From: Antedon mediterranea
Taxonomy: Eukaryota; Animalia; Echinodermata
DNA length: 64,000 bases
Direction: 5' to 3'
Assembly (NCBI RefSeq): GCF_964355755.1
Contig: NC_092678.1
Span: 7,890,422 to 7,954,421 of the forward strand
The notes beneath the pieces are model-generated. The model was given only the letters and a program-made list of their open reading frames with translations. It was not told where the DNA came from and ran no database searches. A program made the position numbers and the translations under genes. Shown in pieces: positions 1-13,130 of this stretch. Numbering within the stretch: position 1 is the first letter of the stretch; each line of letters begins with the position of its first letter.

Positions 1-326
1 GAGATTACGTAAAAAATAATGTGTTCCAATGCTTCAATTTTCGGTAACTTTTAATATGTCATTATAAACTACATTTGGAATGAAAAAATTAATGTTTCGT
101 TACTATTGCAATTTGTGGTGGGTTTACCTCTAAATATCACTAGATTGACTGGACTAATAGGGTGGGCAACCTGTATACCAAATTTGGTGCTTTTTGAAGA
201 AACTGAACCAAACACCCTTATTTCAGCCCTAACAGACTCCACTAAAGGAGACTATTTCACGCCAATCGTACGAGTGAGCCAGGCCACAACAATTGAACCA
301 GGCCATGAACAAATTGCCAATGCCTG

Positions 327-1700
327 GTGGAGCCACTGGACACAAATGAGATGGCTGCCGGAGGTCTCGTAATGGCCAGATTATTGGTTACAGACGGAGC
401 GAACCAGATCCCTTTGCGGGTGTACAACCCAGATAAAGTAGTTCATAATTTGTTGGCAGGTACTAAGGTGGGGGTTCTATCCCCAGTTGAGGTATTACGA
501 GAAGAGGCACCTCGACCGACAGTCTACTTGCAGAAAACGGTACACATTCCTGACCATTTATCTGATCTGTATAAAAGTAGTGTAGAGAGTGCGGGACAAG
601 AGCACGGTGAACAGATTGCCCAGCTACTGAATAAACATGCAGACGTTTTTAGTAAAGGGGACCAAGATATAGGGCAAACTGGGTTGACAAAACACAGAAT
701 CGAAACTGGAAATGCTGCTCCTATTCGGGAGGTACCACGGCGGCACCCTATTCAATACCAGGCGGATATTCAACAAGAAGTTGAAAGACTGTTAGAACGG
801 GGGGTGATTGAGCCAACCAATAGCACCTGGGCAGCGAACATAGTGCTCGTAGCTAAGAAAGATGGAACCAAACGGTTTTGCGTAGACTACAGGAAACTGA
901 ACGAAGCCACGATTAAGGATGCTTATCCCATACCTCGCATCGACGACTCATTGGATGCATTAGACGGGGCTACTTGTTTCTCTACCCTCGATTTAGCAGC
1001 AGGCTACTGGCAGGTGGAATTAGACCCGGAAGCACAGCAGAAGTCTGCGTTCGTGGTCAAGGCAGGCCATTACTCGTGGAAAGTAATGCCGTTTGGATTG
1101 TGCAATGCACCCTCGACATTCGAGCGCCTTATGGAACGGGTGTTAGCAGGTCTCCAATGTGAGACTCTTCTGGTGTATCTAGACGACATTATCGTTTACG
1201 CCAAGAACGTGCCGGAGGCAATATACCGCCTAGATGCAGTACTGAGTCGACTGGGAAGTGCAGGACTAAAATTGAAGCCGCCAAAATGTTCTCTGTTTCG
1301 CCCAGAGGTGTTATACCTGGGTCATATCGTCTCCAGTGATGGTATTCAGACTGATCCGGCTAAAATTGAAGCAATACGAGACTGGCCACCACCTCAATGC
1401 GTGCGGGACGTAAGGAGTTTTCTGGGGTTAGCATCCTACTATAGAAGGTTTATAGAGTGGTTTTCCAGTCTGGCAAAGCCGTTGTACCAGTTGACAGAGA
1501 AAGGCAGAGTTTTCGACTGGGGAGAAAGCCAAGAAAGAGCATTTGCGTTTGCAGAGATTGCCTATTCTAGCCTATCCTACTCCAGAAGGAGCGTTTATCC
1601 TGGATACCGACGCCAGCGATGTAGGTATCGGTGGTGTGCTGTCACAGATACAACAAGGAGAAGAACGAGTTATTGCTTATGCCAGTTGAACCTTGGGTAA
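327..1700 (+). pseudogene. pol: Gypsy pol: reverse transcriptase and start of the RNase H linker, frameshifted near 1550
   Basis: RFCVDYRKLN, LDLAAGYWQ, MPFGLCNAP, YLDD, VRSFLGLASYYRRFI. The DTDAS RNase H motif lies in another frame after about 1560. Confidence 0.9.
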
Positions 1701-2958
1701 AGCGGAGAAAAATTACTGTGTGACCAGACGAGAGTTGCTAGCCGTAGTTGTTTACTTACGCCATTTTCGTCAGTACCTGTATAGCCGACCAATACTCGTA
1801 CGAACTGACCACGCTTCCCTAAAGTGGCTAATAAATTTTCGAAATCCAGAAGATCAGCTTGCCAGATGGTTTGAAGCAATAGCTGAATACAATATTACAG
1901 TGCAGCACCGCCAGGGGATTCGTCATGGAAACGCAGACGGACTTTCCCGAAAGATTTGTAAGCAGTGTGGTCGGATGGAGAACGACGGAGGGACGAATAG
2001 TCCTGGATCCCAGAAGCAAATTCGTCTGACTCGAGTTGAACCCGAGCTTTCCTTAGATGAATTGAGACCTAAGCAGCTAGCGGATCCGTCGATTAGATGG
2101 GTCTTGGAAGCGAAAGAGGCCGGAGACCCCCGTCCGACTTGGGAAGAGGTCGCTCCCGAGGAACGAGCATATTGGATTTTATGGGACATGCTGGAAGTAG
2201 TAAATGGAACACTGACCCGACGATGGGAGTCTGATGATGGGAACGAAAACACGTGGAAATTAGTCATTCCTCACGAACTTAGAGATCGAGTTCTACAGAA
2301 ATTACATGGTGGGGTGACGAGCGGTCACTTAGGTGTAAAAAGGACACTAGCCCGTGTGAAACGAAGATATTATTGGCCTCAAATGAATTCGGCTGTAAGA
2401 ACGTTTGTGCGATGCTGTGATCTCTGTGCAAGACGGAAAGCACCACCTAAACGACGCCGGGCGCCGCTTCAACATTGGCCTGTTTCCCAACCAATAGAAA
2501 GGGTCGCTATGGATATCCTTGGACCGCTGCCCGAGACTTATAAGGGTAATAAGTATATGTTAGTCGTCGGTGATTACCTAACGAAGTGGATGGAAGCATA
2601 TGCCATCCCAGACCAAACAGCCGAAACAGTCTCAAAATGCTTCGTAGAGGAGTTTGTACTGCGGTACGGGATACCCAAACAACTGCACACGGATCAGGGC
2701 CGAAATTTTGAATCAAGAGTATTAGCAGAGACTTGCCGAATGCTAGGAATAACCAAAACTAGAACAACGCCATACAATCCAAAGTCTGACGGCATGGTGG
2801 AACGATTCAACAGAACTCTAGTAAATATGTTGGCAATGATGATCGACCCAATACATAAACAGAGAGACTGGGACGAGTGGCTTCCCTATGTGACATTTGC
2901 ATACCGATCGACTCTTCAGGAGTCCACTGGCGAGTCTCCGAATATGCTCATGCTATGA
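1693..2958 (+). pseudogene. pol: Gypsy pol: RNase H C-terminus and integrase, premature TGA at 2956-2958
   Basis: RELLAVV, TDHASLKWL, HHCC motif (H..GHLG..CDLC), MDILGPL, TDQGRNFES, GMVERFNRTL. Confidence 0.9.
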
Positions 2959-2982
2959 AGAGAAGTATGCACTCCTATTGAC

Positions 2983-4017
2983 TTGGAGATTGAACCAGTT
3001 CCCTCGGGCACGGAGCCCGGTGACCTTGCCACTCGTACCCGAGATAGACTTTATCAAGCTAAGATACGAGTTAGAGAGGCCTTAAAGACTAGTGCTCAAA
3101 GACAGAAACAGGGGTACGATAAACTTTCTAAAAAACCTGGTTTGGACGTTGGACAATTTGTTTGGATGTTCGAACAGACAAAACGAAAGGGATTGGCCCC
3201 CAAGTTAGAATGCAGATGGAAGGGACCATGCTTAATTGTCAACGCTTTAACCGAAGTGACATACCGGATAAGGCTGAGTCCCGGAGGGCGTGAACGTGTG
3301 GTTTATTGCGATATGCTGAAACCATATGAGGGACATCTCATCAGGGGGTGGGGGCAAGAATTGGAACCAACAATTGAACAAGAATTGGAGCCAACAATGG
3401 AACAAGAATCGGAACCAACAATTGAGCCAGAATTTGAACCAGCAACCAGGCCAGTAATTGAACCAGAACTTGGACTTGAACCAGAAATTGAACCAGAGAC
3501 CAATCCCGCATTTGAACCCGAGACGGATGTATTCCGCCGAAACCCCAGACGGGCCAGGCGTAAGCCTAAACGATTTTGTACTACTGATAGCCATTTGTTT
3601 TTTTGTTCAACAGATCCTGACCGTAGATCTAACGGTAAACCGGCTGCAGCACCGGCAGAAAAGAAAGGACATCAGTGCGAAGTCTGTAAGGGGATATTCA
3701 AGACGGCTGAGAAGCTGCACAGTCACTTGAAAATAACCCATAGTTTTAAGAGACGGGAGCCTGAACCTCAGTCCCTGCCGGGTGATGCGGATGTATTGAC
3801 GCTCTCTTCGGGATCACAGTGTCTAATAGACTCGGTCCTGAGTGACCCCCCACAGCCTAAAGTGAAAGTGAGGAGGCTTAGTGGTGGAAAGCCGTCATAC
3901 CTTAGCTTGGAGCAGAGGAAGCAATTGACAGAGCCAATTGACACAGAGTCTTCTGATCAAGGGTCCGCCTTGCATCCAGGGCTGATGAGCAGAGTGAGAG
4001 AAGTAAAAAATAATTAA
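2983..4017 (+). CDS. Gypsy integrase C-terminus (GPY/F-like), Pro/Glu repeat, basic tail, then a C2H2 zinc-finger extension
   Basis: WKGPC..TYRI, repeated EPTIEQEL-type units at about 3355-3522, RRNPRRARRKPKRF, then CEVCKGIFKTAEKLHSHLKITH at about 3676-3741. Confidence 0.7.
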   Translation: MEIEPVPSGTEPGDLATRTRDRLYQAKIRVREALKTSAQRQKQGYDKLSKKPGLDVGQFVWMFEQTKRKGLAPKLECRWKGPCLIVNALTEVTYRIRLSPGGRERVVYCDMLKPYEGHLIRGWGQELEPTIEQELEPTMEQESEPTIEPEFEPATRPVIEPELGLEPEIEPETNPAFEPETDVFRRNPRRARRKPKRFCTTDSHLFFCSTDPDRRSNGKPAAAPAEKKGHQCEVCKGIFKTAEKLHSHLKITHSFKRREPEPQSLPGDADVLTLSSGSQCLIDSVLSDPPQPKVKVRRLSGGKPSYLSLEQRKQLTEPIDTESSDQGSALHPGLMSRVREVKNN

Positions 4018-4166
4018 GGTAATGAATTATTCATGATTTCTGCCCACGTTCGTCCTGGAACAAAAAAACGCCCCCGGGCCATGTGAGAGAGTCGATTCAG
4101 AGCACTGGACCTGAACGGACGCATGAGCCTCCTTCTCATATTGTTGTACTATACCTGTAATTTTTA

Positions 4167-4172
<6 letters not shown>

Positions 4173-4205
<33 letters not shown>

Positions 4206-4288
4206 TTCATTTCATCACATACATAATACAAAATTAATATATAAAGGCAACGTAACAATTAAAACGATATAATACTAGTAAGTAAATA
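4173..4288 (-). mobile_element. short 5'-truncated poly(A) retroposon insertion
   Basis: Long T run starting at about 4170, preceded on the minus strand by AATAAA. Flanked by a 16-bp direct repeat gtaatttttatacttt at 4157-4172 and 4289-4304 (TSD). Confidence 0.8.
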
Positions 4289-7010
4289 GTAATTTTTATA
4301 CTTTGTCTTGTGGATATTTCATTGATTTACTTCGATTATGAAGGGTGAGTTTTAAATAAAGCAATTGGAACCGGATTTATTGTGTAGTCTTTTATTTGAT
4401 TATTTTGACGTAGACCAACTAGATAAGTCGGTGGGACACACCTGCTGCCGAACCCGGAGGTTCTTAACGTGACCTAATCTAAAAACGTTACAATACTTTT
4501 GCATCTACACACCAGTTCAACCTCCTGAGCGGCCACCTCCCACTTTCAAAAGCTTGTTTATTCTTCGTATCTAATTAATTAGTGCATTTGATACCTCCTG
4601 TAAGCGGCTATACCCCCGGTAAGCAGCCACGGCGTCAGCCACTTTTTTTTTAAATTTTAGTACAAATTAGATTTTTGTATGGTAATATTATATATTAATT
4701 ATTATATTACAGTAGCTTTATTTCGAAGCGGTTTTAAATATATTTCTGTGAAGAACATTCCTGTGTTTTTTAGATGCTATGAGAAAACTACACAGATTTT
4801 GACTGACCAATTTGTCTGAAAATCATAAATAATAATAAACCACCCGATCATAAACAATAAAATACAATTAGCTGGAGAATATAGGGAAGAAGCCTGTTGC
4901 GTTAAGAATGCCGAAAAATATTGTGCATAGCCATAATACGTGATTTTGGCCCTCTATCGTCAGAACCTCCCGTAAGCGGTCACCTCGCGTAACTTGAAAT
5001 CGCTGCTGTAAGTATTAGACTTCACAGTCACTCAGCATTACCGCCGAGCAGGTGAATGTTTTTAAATTGGATTCTGCAGCAGAAGCAAAAAAGAAAAAAA
5101 TATATCCCAAAATACAGTACCTGCAGTACTTCATGATTCATGATTTTCATGACAAACGTCATATAATATTAGATGACTACCATTTGCGGTTTTGGTAGTT
5201 ATCCTATGTTCTTCCATACCGCATTGTCAAAATGAGGAAAATAAATATTTCATCAGCGGCACACTAATGATGAATTTGTGTATGGACTGAACGTTATCAA
5301 TATGCACCATTATTTGGAAAGGACTGTTTAGTAAAAATGTTAATGTAAGTATTTCTCTATCGCCTCCTGATTTTTACCTATTTCTGGTTGGTTTAAAGCA
5401 GCTACTGTAGGCCAGATTTTTATTAGTTTTCTTTTATAAAGATAAAAGATCCATCAAAATAAACCCATTCATTCACCTATAGTTATTAATAACGCGAGTT
5501 TTATCTAAACCATCTATGGTAATTTGGTTTTTATAAATATTTTTGTCTGAAAAACTTTCAGTATCTTCTAAATACATGATAAGTCAATCTAGTCAAGTTT
5601 TAGTTTAAACAATGTTTTGAGTTAAGTACTCCATTAACATGGTTAAAGTTGTCTCACATTGTTTGAAACATGAAAAGAAATCTGATTTTATCAATAAAGT
5701 AAAATTAAATAATATTTGTTGAATCTAAGTATTTCATTTTTGTTTTGGAATTTATAAATGTGACAGCTAATTCGTAAACTCCCATTGGTGACAATAGGAC
5801 CAACTTTTACTTTCAAAACTTACAATATTAATACTGGAAATGAATGTTTCATGAGGACTGCTTCTAAAAGCAAAATCTATACGTGACTACGACCTATGAC
5901 AGACAATTTTGAAAGACTTGATTTGGTATTTTATACAGGATAAGAAAAATGGCAGCCATTTTGAAGTATATTTTAAATCTTGGATTTTTAAAAGTTGAAC
6001 AATTTATTTTTTAAACATCTCCAGTTATTTTCTTGCAAAACATATGTTTTAATGACTATAGTTGAACAAGCATTTGCCAAAATCGGATGCTTTAATACTG
6101 ATATTTGGGTAAAATTGAGAGAAAACGGGTATTTTAGTTATCTGCAAATTAGCAATTTTTCTTCCTTTTCTCCATTTTTGATATGTTGTTCAGATGGGTC
6201 TTACTGTTAGGAAGCACACCAAAAATAAATTCTTTTATAATTTTGTCTAGGTCAAACCGTAGTTTTACCGGACTAATGAAAGGTCTTTCACACCTTTTCC
6301 AGTCTGGTGTGGCAAATTAAACCATGTCTCAATGTTTCATTTTCACGACGAAAACGCGATCAGTGCGTAGTCACATGTCTCGTGTAAACGAATCATGCAT
6401 GGAAAGCAGCCAGATGATGAAAAGACATTAGGCCTACAATATTACATTATTATACTAATATTTTAAAATGAAAATTGTGTTTAAATAAAAAAATTAAGAA
6501 TTAGTCACAAAGGTTAACAATTGAGGCTTAGACATTGTGTACATATGCCAGTCCTCAGTTGCTGTTAAATCTATTGAGTTGGTTGTTTTATACATATTAA
6601 TTGCCGGTTTATTCCAACCCAGCACTGCCCACTGCATTCTCTGGCAACCTTTCTCTAAACCAATCTGAAAAAATAAGAATGTTGTTATATGAGTTAGAAA
6701 TTATATTATCTATGTATATTTTGCAGTCAGGCTTGCTCTATGTGTGTGTGTGTCAGACTGAGAATGAAACACAAATATAGATGATATAATGATTTGGATA
6801 AATATTTATTCTGAAAAGACCCGTGAGCACGGATCACGGTAAAATATAAAATATACCTAATGGGATAAGTGATTAAGTAGAAAATACTGGGATGCTACAA
6901 AAGCCAATGGATGCCACTGAAATGGCATCCAGCAGCCCAGCAAGTGAGGCGTGGTATCGGGACTTTTCAGAACAAAAAATATGTTGAGCTATAATGCGCA
7001 CAATAACGAT

Positions 7011-7225
7011 TATAATGCGCCTACAAGTGTAGAGCGCGTAATGACACTGGTGGTCTATTTGGTATAAAATACTTTAGACAATAAAAGCTACAATGCGCCT
7101 ACAAGTGTAGAGCACGCAATGACACTGGTGGTGTCTGTTATAAAATAATTCAGACAATAACACTATAATTCGCCTACAAACATAGAGCGCGTAATGACAC
7201 CGGTGGGCTATTTGATATAAACTAG
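7011..7225. repeat. about 77-bp tandem repeat, 3 copies, in SAT2 intron
   Basis: tataatgcgcctacaagtgtagagcgcgtaatgacactggtgg recurs at about 7011, 7089 and 7165. Confidence 0.75.
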
Positions 7226-8219
7226 GTCAAGATAAAGTCATTAACAATATGAGAAAGCTGCTGCTGTGCTGACGCATAAAGATCTCATGTGGCCTGACCC
7301 ATGTCATTTGATTCTACGTCTACTATAATGATGTTTGGTTTATTTATTACTCGCTCAAACAGTATGGGTAGGTCAGAAATGTGTATACCCTGTTTGCCTA
7401 CAATAACCACATCAGTGTATCTGTCAGATAAATGAAAATCCATTACGGGTCTGTGAAATCCAAGGAGGTGTCTCATGCTCGCCTCTAGCCCGTGTTTGAG
7501 GGTAAATGAGTCCGCCAAACCGCTGAACTATGGCCTATAATTGCCCCCACTTATGTTTGGCGGCAATGTTTCTGCCTTGGGCGTAGCCATAATGGTGGTC
7601 AATCAGTCAGAATATAATGTATAAATATATATTTCTGTAAATCAATTTCTAAGATACTTTATTAGTCTACTTATACCCTACGGCAAACAGTAAGTGTTAA
7701 AGTAAAATTTGTGACGAAAAACTATTGTCGGGTATAACTTAAAAAGTGAAAAAAAGAATTAAACTTTAAGAACCTGAGCACAAGCGTGCGTTGCGGCTAG
7801 CGATGATTTAGAAAAGGGTGAAATGTTATTTATTTAAATTAATTATTCACGTTTTCAGTTATTTTTTGACATAATTACCTCAGCAACCCTTCTCATCAAA
7901 ATTCTTCCATAACCTCTTCCTATAAAATTTAAGCAAAGAATAACATTGATATTTTCTTTTTTGGTGACATGCTATTGACTTTTATTGAAATTTGGTTTAT
8001 ATTACCAGAAAGCATTTTTTAAATATTAAAACCATTTTTTTGGTTTTGGTTGTATTTCAACTAAGAATGTTCAGTTTCCGCAGAGAAAAATAATAATAAC
8101 ATAGTTAGAAATACACATCACTTTAATTTTTACCGATTGCAAACCAATCAAAATCTTTGGATGCATTCAGATACATTAAAGGTCAGTTACTAGTAGGTCA
8201 TAGGTCAGTTAGTAGGTCA

Positions 8220-8312
<93 letters not shown>

Positions 8313-8810
8313 TTACTTCAAATGTCTCTACTTCTGGTCTTTTATATTCCGCTACTATGCAAGACACAATGCTTCATGGCTCAAATATATCCTTCTGTAG
8401 ACCTGAAAAAAACAAGAGTTTTAACAAGTTCAATAAACATCTCACCGGAAAGCTACATTTCAGAAGACAAGTGTGCAAGTGGGCGTTTATAGATAGATAG
8501 AAAGATAGATAGATAGATCTGCGTCGTTGATACTAAATTGGATCTTCCTAATGTGTACATTACAGCAGGGTCATACTATAAGTTGGTTCCAGTCTGTGCG
8601 TAAGACCCAGTAGTCATATAATGGTAGTTCATCCAGTGATCAAATTACAAGTTATGGGCACTCAGTCTTAGTGGTCAAATTATTGTCCATGGGTTAGTTC
8701 CAGTGGTCAAATCAATGTGCAAGTAAATTGAACAAGTAAATCTCAGTAGAATATTGATTCTTATGGTAAATTCCTTCATGAAAAAAATATTTGAAAACTC
8801 TCCAGCTTAA

Positions 8811-9109
8811 AGATGTATTGTCCTTTTGACTACTAATTAAAAAAAAAATAAAAAATAACAGATTTCGAAAAAAGGTGGATCATTTTGAAGTATTATAATA
8901 GTTATTAACTATCACCAAAAATATGTTGAAAAAAAAATCATTTAACTGAAATACAGACGTTTTTTGTTAAAAAAATAACTTTGACTTGTTGCTTTTGGCT
9001 TGAATTTTCGACTTAAAAGTGAATAACTCTAATATTACTTTGATATGGCTAATTTAAATTTAGAATATTTTGACCTTCATTTTTGTGTATTTCAAGGGAC
9101 AATGCATCT
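8811..9109. mobile_element. non-autonomous TTAA-specific DNA transposon (Kolobok-like MITE)
   Basis: TTAA at 8807-8810 and 9110-9113. TIR agatgtattgtcc / ggacaatgcatct. AG..CT termini rather than piggyBac CC..GG. Confidence 0.75.
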
Positions 9110-10331
9110 TTAAATAGTGTACATGTAATAATGTTTAATCTGTAAATAAGCATACATTCTTAGTTTGGGGTTTCTACTGGCTTGAAATTTCCTAAATATG
9201 ACCCCAATCTCCAACCCCCCCCCCCCTGGGTCAAAACGCCCAGAGCCAAAATGGTCCTGGGATGAAATGTTTCTAATTCATTAACATACTACTCTACTCC
9301 CCAAAAAGTTGATTTTTAAGTTGTTGTGGCCAAGGATCGGTGATTCATTCTAGGCATCAAGTAATTTGAAAAAAGATATTGAGATTATGGTTAAAAAGTG
9401 CAAGATTTTAGTTCAGTGGCATGAGAGCTTGCAGTTGGGTAAAATTGAAAGCCTCACTAATCCGTACTGGACTGCTTTATTCTAGTAATGTTACAATAGT
9501 GTACCCTATTACCTACACCTACAGTACTCCTTATTTTGTATATTTAATGTAATGTGCAGTATACCTTCAGTAGTGTTTTCAACTTGATCTTCTGAATTTT
9601 CAAACACTGCCAATTCCACAATCATCTTCATCATCGGAGCGCAATCCTCCGGTCTTGCATCTCGTATACGGAAGTTGCCATCTTCCATTTTCCTGCTACT
9701 GTACTACTTCTTTTTTATATATAGGATATCAGAATGTTTGTAAATGTTAACAATGCATGACAGCATTAGACATTGAATTTCATTATGCTATTTCTATGCT
9801 CTTACAGGAAGATAAACTGAAACAATATTTATTTCGCTTACCTGATAACTAACGAACTCCTGATTTTACAGAATAATGCAAAATATTTAACAATAATTTA
9901 CAACTATTAATGAATAAATTAGTTTGAATCTATGAAACATCCACATATCAATAATGAAATTACAAATAATATATAATATAATCATGAAAAAAATAAATTG
10001 AATGAATTATATACTAAAATCTTGACAATTATAAAAAAAATTACCAAAATACATTGATGAATAATTTAAATGGACATATAAATATACTGAAATCTTATTA
10101 AAATTATCAAACTACATTGATGAATTCATTAAATATTCTACAATCTTGACATAAATAAATTCTTTTTTAGCGCAAACAAAAATAGGAATTGTACAAGAAA
10201 ATGCTTTTAAATGATATTAGTAAAAAGTTTACAGGTCTACAGTAGATACAAATGTGATTAAAACAAGATCAAAGCACAGAGTTGTTAATTGAAACTCTCT
10301 GATCAAAGATTGAATTCAATAAATAGCCAAA

Positions 10332-11358
10332 TTACAATGTATTAAGTGAAATCTGTACAGGTGCCGGTTGACGCACTTTGCACTTAAACATATAAGCAAT
10401 TGTGTAAAGATACGGATTGACTGAGGAGTTAATGGGTATGATGAATGTCGCTGCCCAAACATATATTTCATCAGGAATCGTCATCCAACCCGTCTCGGAA
10501 CCAATTGCCATTACTATAATCGGGGCCCAGCAACAGAAATCAGTGAAAACTATCAGGCCTAGTTTTCTCGCCATTTTTAACTGTTCTTTTCTCTGCTGTC
10601 TTCTGTTGACAGTGGCCTCCGATCTCTTCACTGACAAGAACATTGTCAGATAACTAAGTACAATTACAAAAAAGCCGACGCCATTAAAGGCAACAAAAAT
10701 GGCAACAGCATACTCCCAACCAGGCCACCGACTTCTGGTTAAAGGTAGTGCAAGGTACACACTTTCCTTTCCATAATAATTGTCACCAAAATACGATAAG
10801 TTTAATTCATTGGCTGTCACTGGAAGAAAACTCAGCACAATCCAGAATAGCCATCCGAAGCTGATAATGATTCGACATTTTGTACGATTGAGGCGTTTCG
10901 TATTAAATGGATTAAAAATGTTAATAGCTCGATCCACACTAAGCAGCATCAGTGTAAACACTGAACATTGCCCAGAGAGTGTAGAAATAGCCCCTGCAAA
11001 ACTGCAAAGGACACTATTTCTCCAAACTCTGGAAACCTTTCCGTATCTTCCTCTGTAATGTATATCCACACTGGCAATGATGATCAGGTAGACTACCATC
11101 AGCAGGTCAGACACGGCGAGGTTGGTGATAAGTGTGGTTTGGACTTTGTTAACATTGTTAATATCATTATCTTTTTTAAACTTTCGTGAAACGATAACAA
11201 CAACATTCCCAATAACCGAAGATAACCCGATAATCATCATCAACACACGGAGAAGTTCATTTTTTAGCAAGTCTTCACACGATGCAAATGCATTTGAAGG
11301 CTCGCAGACATCGATGGCGCCAACGAGGCAACAGAGACTAGAGTATTCCGAGTTGTAC
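10332..11358 (-). CDS. terminal exon: hinge (YNSEYSSLCCLVGAIDVCEPSNAFASCEDLL) + 7TM domain of LGR-type GPCR
   Basis: Acceptor tttag|G at 11359-11360. LGR motifs CC..C..SCEDLL, NLAVSDLLM.YL, LSVDR, FTDFCCWAP, INSSVNPYLY. The ECL2 Cys position reads Tyr (ESVYLALP, 10755-10757). Confidence 0.93.
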
Positions 11359-11608
11359 CTAAAAGAATCAAATATAGCAACATAATAAGTGCCAAGTTAT
11401 TATTTTGTTCTTTCTTAAAAGAAAATGTTATTATATTTTGAGAAATTTTTAACAATACTCAAGAACCAACATTCTCAAGGTTTGAAATTTGTGCACATTT
11501 TTTAGTCACCCACCTGCATTCTTGAAATACCCACACGCAACTAATTCAAGTTTATGTATCTCCCTTTTCTTTTCCAGTCCTGCACTGCGACTAGATTAAC
11601 AGAATGCT

Positions 11609-11892
11609 CATGTGACTTAAGCACAAATTTAGTGGCGCATTTGTGAATTTAAAAAACATGCACAATTAAATTTTGAAAAACAAGACAGATCTTTATCATC
11701 GTAAGTTTCCACAATCATCATGTTGATTGTATAACTAGTCAGTGTGGTAACATGTGACTTAAGCACACATTTAGTGGTGCATTTGTGAATTTAAAAAACA
11801 TGCAAAATTAAATTTTGAAAAACAAGACAGATCTTTATCATTGTAAGTTTCCACAATCATCATGTTGATTGTATAACTAGTCAGTGTGGTAA
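11609..11892. repeat. 142-bp tandem duplication
   Basis: catgtgacttaagcac...agtgtggtaa at 11609-11750 and 11751-11892, near identical. Confidence 0.9.
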
Positions 11893-12005
11893 CCGTCTTT
11901 CACAGATGGTTTTGGGATTAGTAAAATATTTTTTTTTTATAAATTAATTTATTTTTTACAAGGGAGTTACTTGGGTTGCCCAAATTTTGATAAATCATTA
12001 CTTAC

Positions 12006-12072
12006 AATTCGTTTAAGCTTATCAATTGTTGAAAGGTCCCTGTAAACCTGTAACTTGTTACCTTTTAAGTTT
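12006..12072 (-). pseudogene. last LRR exon, frameshifted (67 nt)
   Basis: ag|A NLKGNKLQV / TGTFQQLISLNEL |gtaag. Length is not a multiple of 3. Confidence 0.8.
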
Positions 12073-12440
12073 CTAAAAAAAACCAATAAATTCAAACTCA
12101 ATAAGTTTGTTTTCACACTTTTTAATTCCTTCATTACTTAATATATGATGTACATATTAATATTTTAATACTATTCAGAGCGAATAATAATTTAGATTTG
12201 TGTGGGTGAACAACACAAAATAGGTTAAAGCTAAACTATCAAACTTTATGTGAAAACAATTTGATGTGTCCATGTGGACACGATTATGTCATATTACTAC
12301 CATTATTTGGGCACATGACACATTTTGTTCTTGAACTAGTTTGATAGTGTAGACAGAGTTTTAGTTTTTGGTAGCTTCAGTAGTTTGAAAGGTGTTTTGT
12401 CACATGACCATGTAAAGATAACTAACACTATTGCTTAATA

Positions 12441-12856
12441 TAAATCAAAGAGCTGTATAGGCAGGATATAGAAAAAAATCAAGATCAAGTAAGTTAAAAC
12501 TGCCTCAATATAAGTTTATTTTTACGACATGTTTCGGGCATAGCGAAGAGAATTGTAACAAATGATAACATATATAACTCACAAAATTACATAATAAAAC
12601 AAATCAGCCAATCAAAGATGTTAACAAAACAAAAGGCATAGTTATAAATGCACGCCTCCAAAAGCTTTGGGGTACAAAGCAGAAATGGTTGCTTATAAAG
12701 CAGGAAATTTAAACAAAGATAAAAACTTCAAGTGTGAATTTTGTTAATATGTGAATGTCTCTGGCAAAATTAATGTTTAAAAGATCTAAATTGTACATTT
12801 ATGCCGGTAGGGGCAAGAGTGCCAAGCTTTACAATTATCCTTTCTTCTATAATTCT
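12441..12856. mobile_element. 416-bp insertion with 14-bp TSD, possibly a Penelope-like fragment
   Basis: Direct repeat actattgcttaata at 12427-12440 and 12857-12870. The minus strand has a gcccGAAAcatgtc half-hammerhead-like motif at about 12525-12538. Confidence 0.55.
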
Positions 12857-13130
12857 ACTATTGCTTAATAGTTACACATTGCTCTGATAAGCATGTAATG
12901 GACTAATGTGTTCTCAGGTGTGCATCTACTGTATGATATATGGAATGGGGAACATTATTGAATTTAGTGGTAAATCACACGCACCAATATTGTTAAAAAT
13001 AATTCAACTGAGGCAGTCAAAGGGGAATTTTCCCCTGATCCTGATACAAACCAAGTCATCGTAATTATGTGTTGTGGACATTCAGGAAGGCAACAGCATG
13101 CAAATTATATATTACATAATGTTAACTTAC

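Larger units (their letters stand above)
250..4492 (+). mobile_element. Ty3/Gypsy LTR retrotransposon, 5'-truncated and defective (RT-RH-IN order, probable 3' LTR end)
   Basis: RT, RNase H and integrase motifs in ORFs 327-1700, 1693-2958 and 2983-4017. GC content drops after about 4140. AATAAA near 4356 and an LTR-like terminus ...aaaacgttaCA at 4492. Left boundary is approximate and no 5' LTR is seen. Confidence 0.85.

Noticed and set aside
4500-6300. Possible MITE or Kolobok remnants (aacctcctgtaagcggcc motifs; ttaaagcagctactgtag...)
   Set aside because: I could not pair termini or TSDs with confidence.
8374-8376. Selenocysteine TGA in the SAT2-like gene
   Set aside because: The position is not a conserved Cys in SAT proteins, a frameshift follows in the same exon, and no SECIS was recognised.
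10332-11270. Single-exon 312-aa GPCR
   Set aside because: The start is a TTG inside the hinge. The frame extends to a splice acceptor at 11359, with LRR exons upstream.
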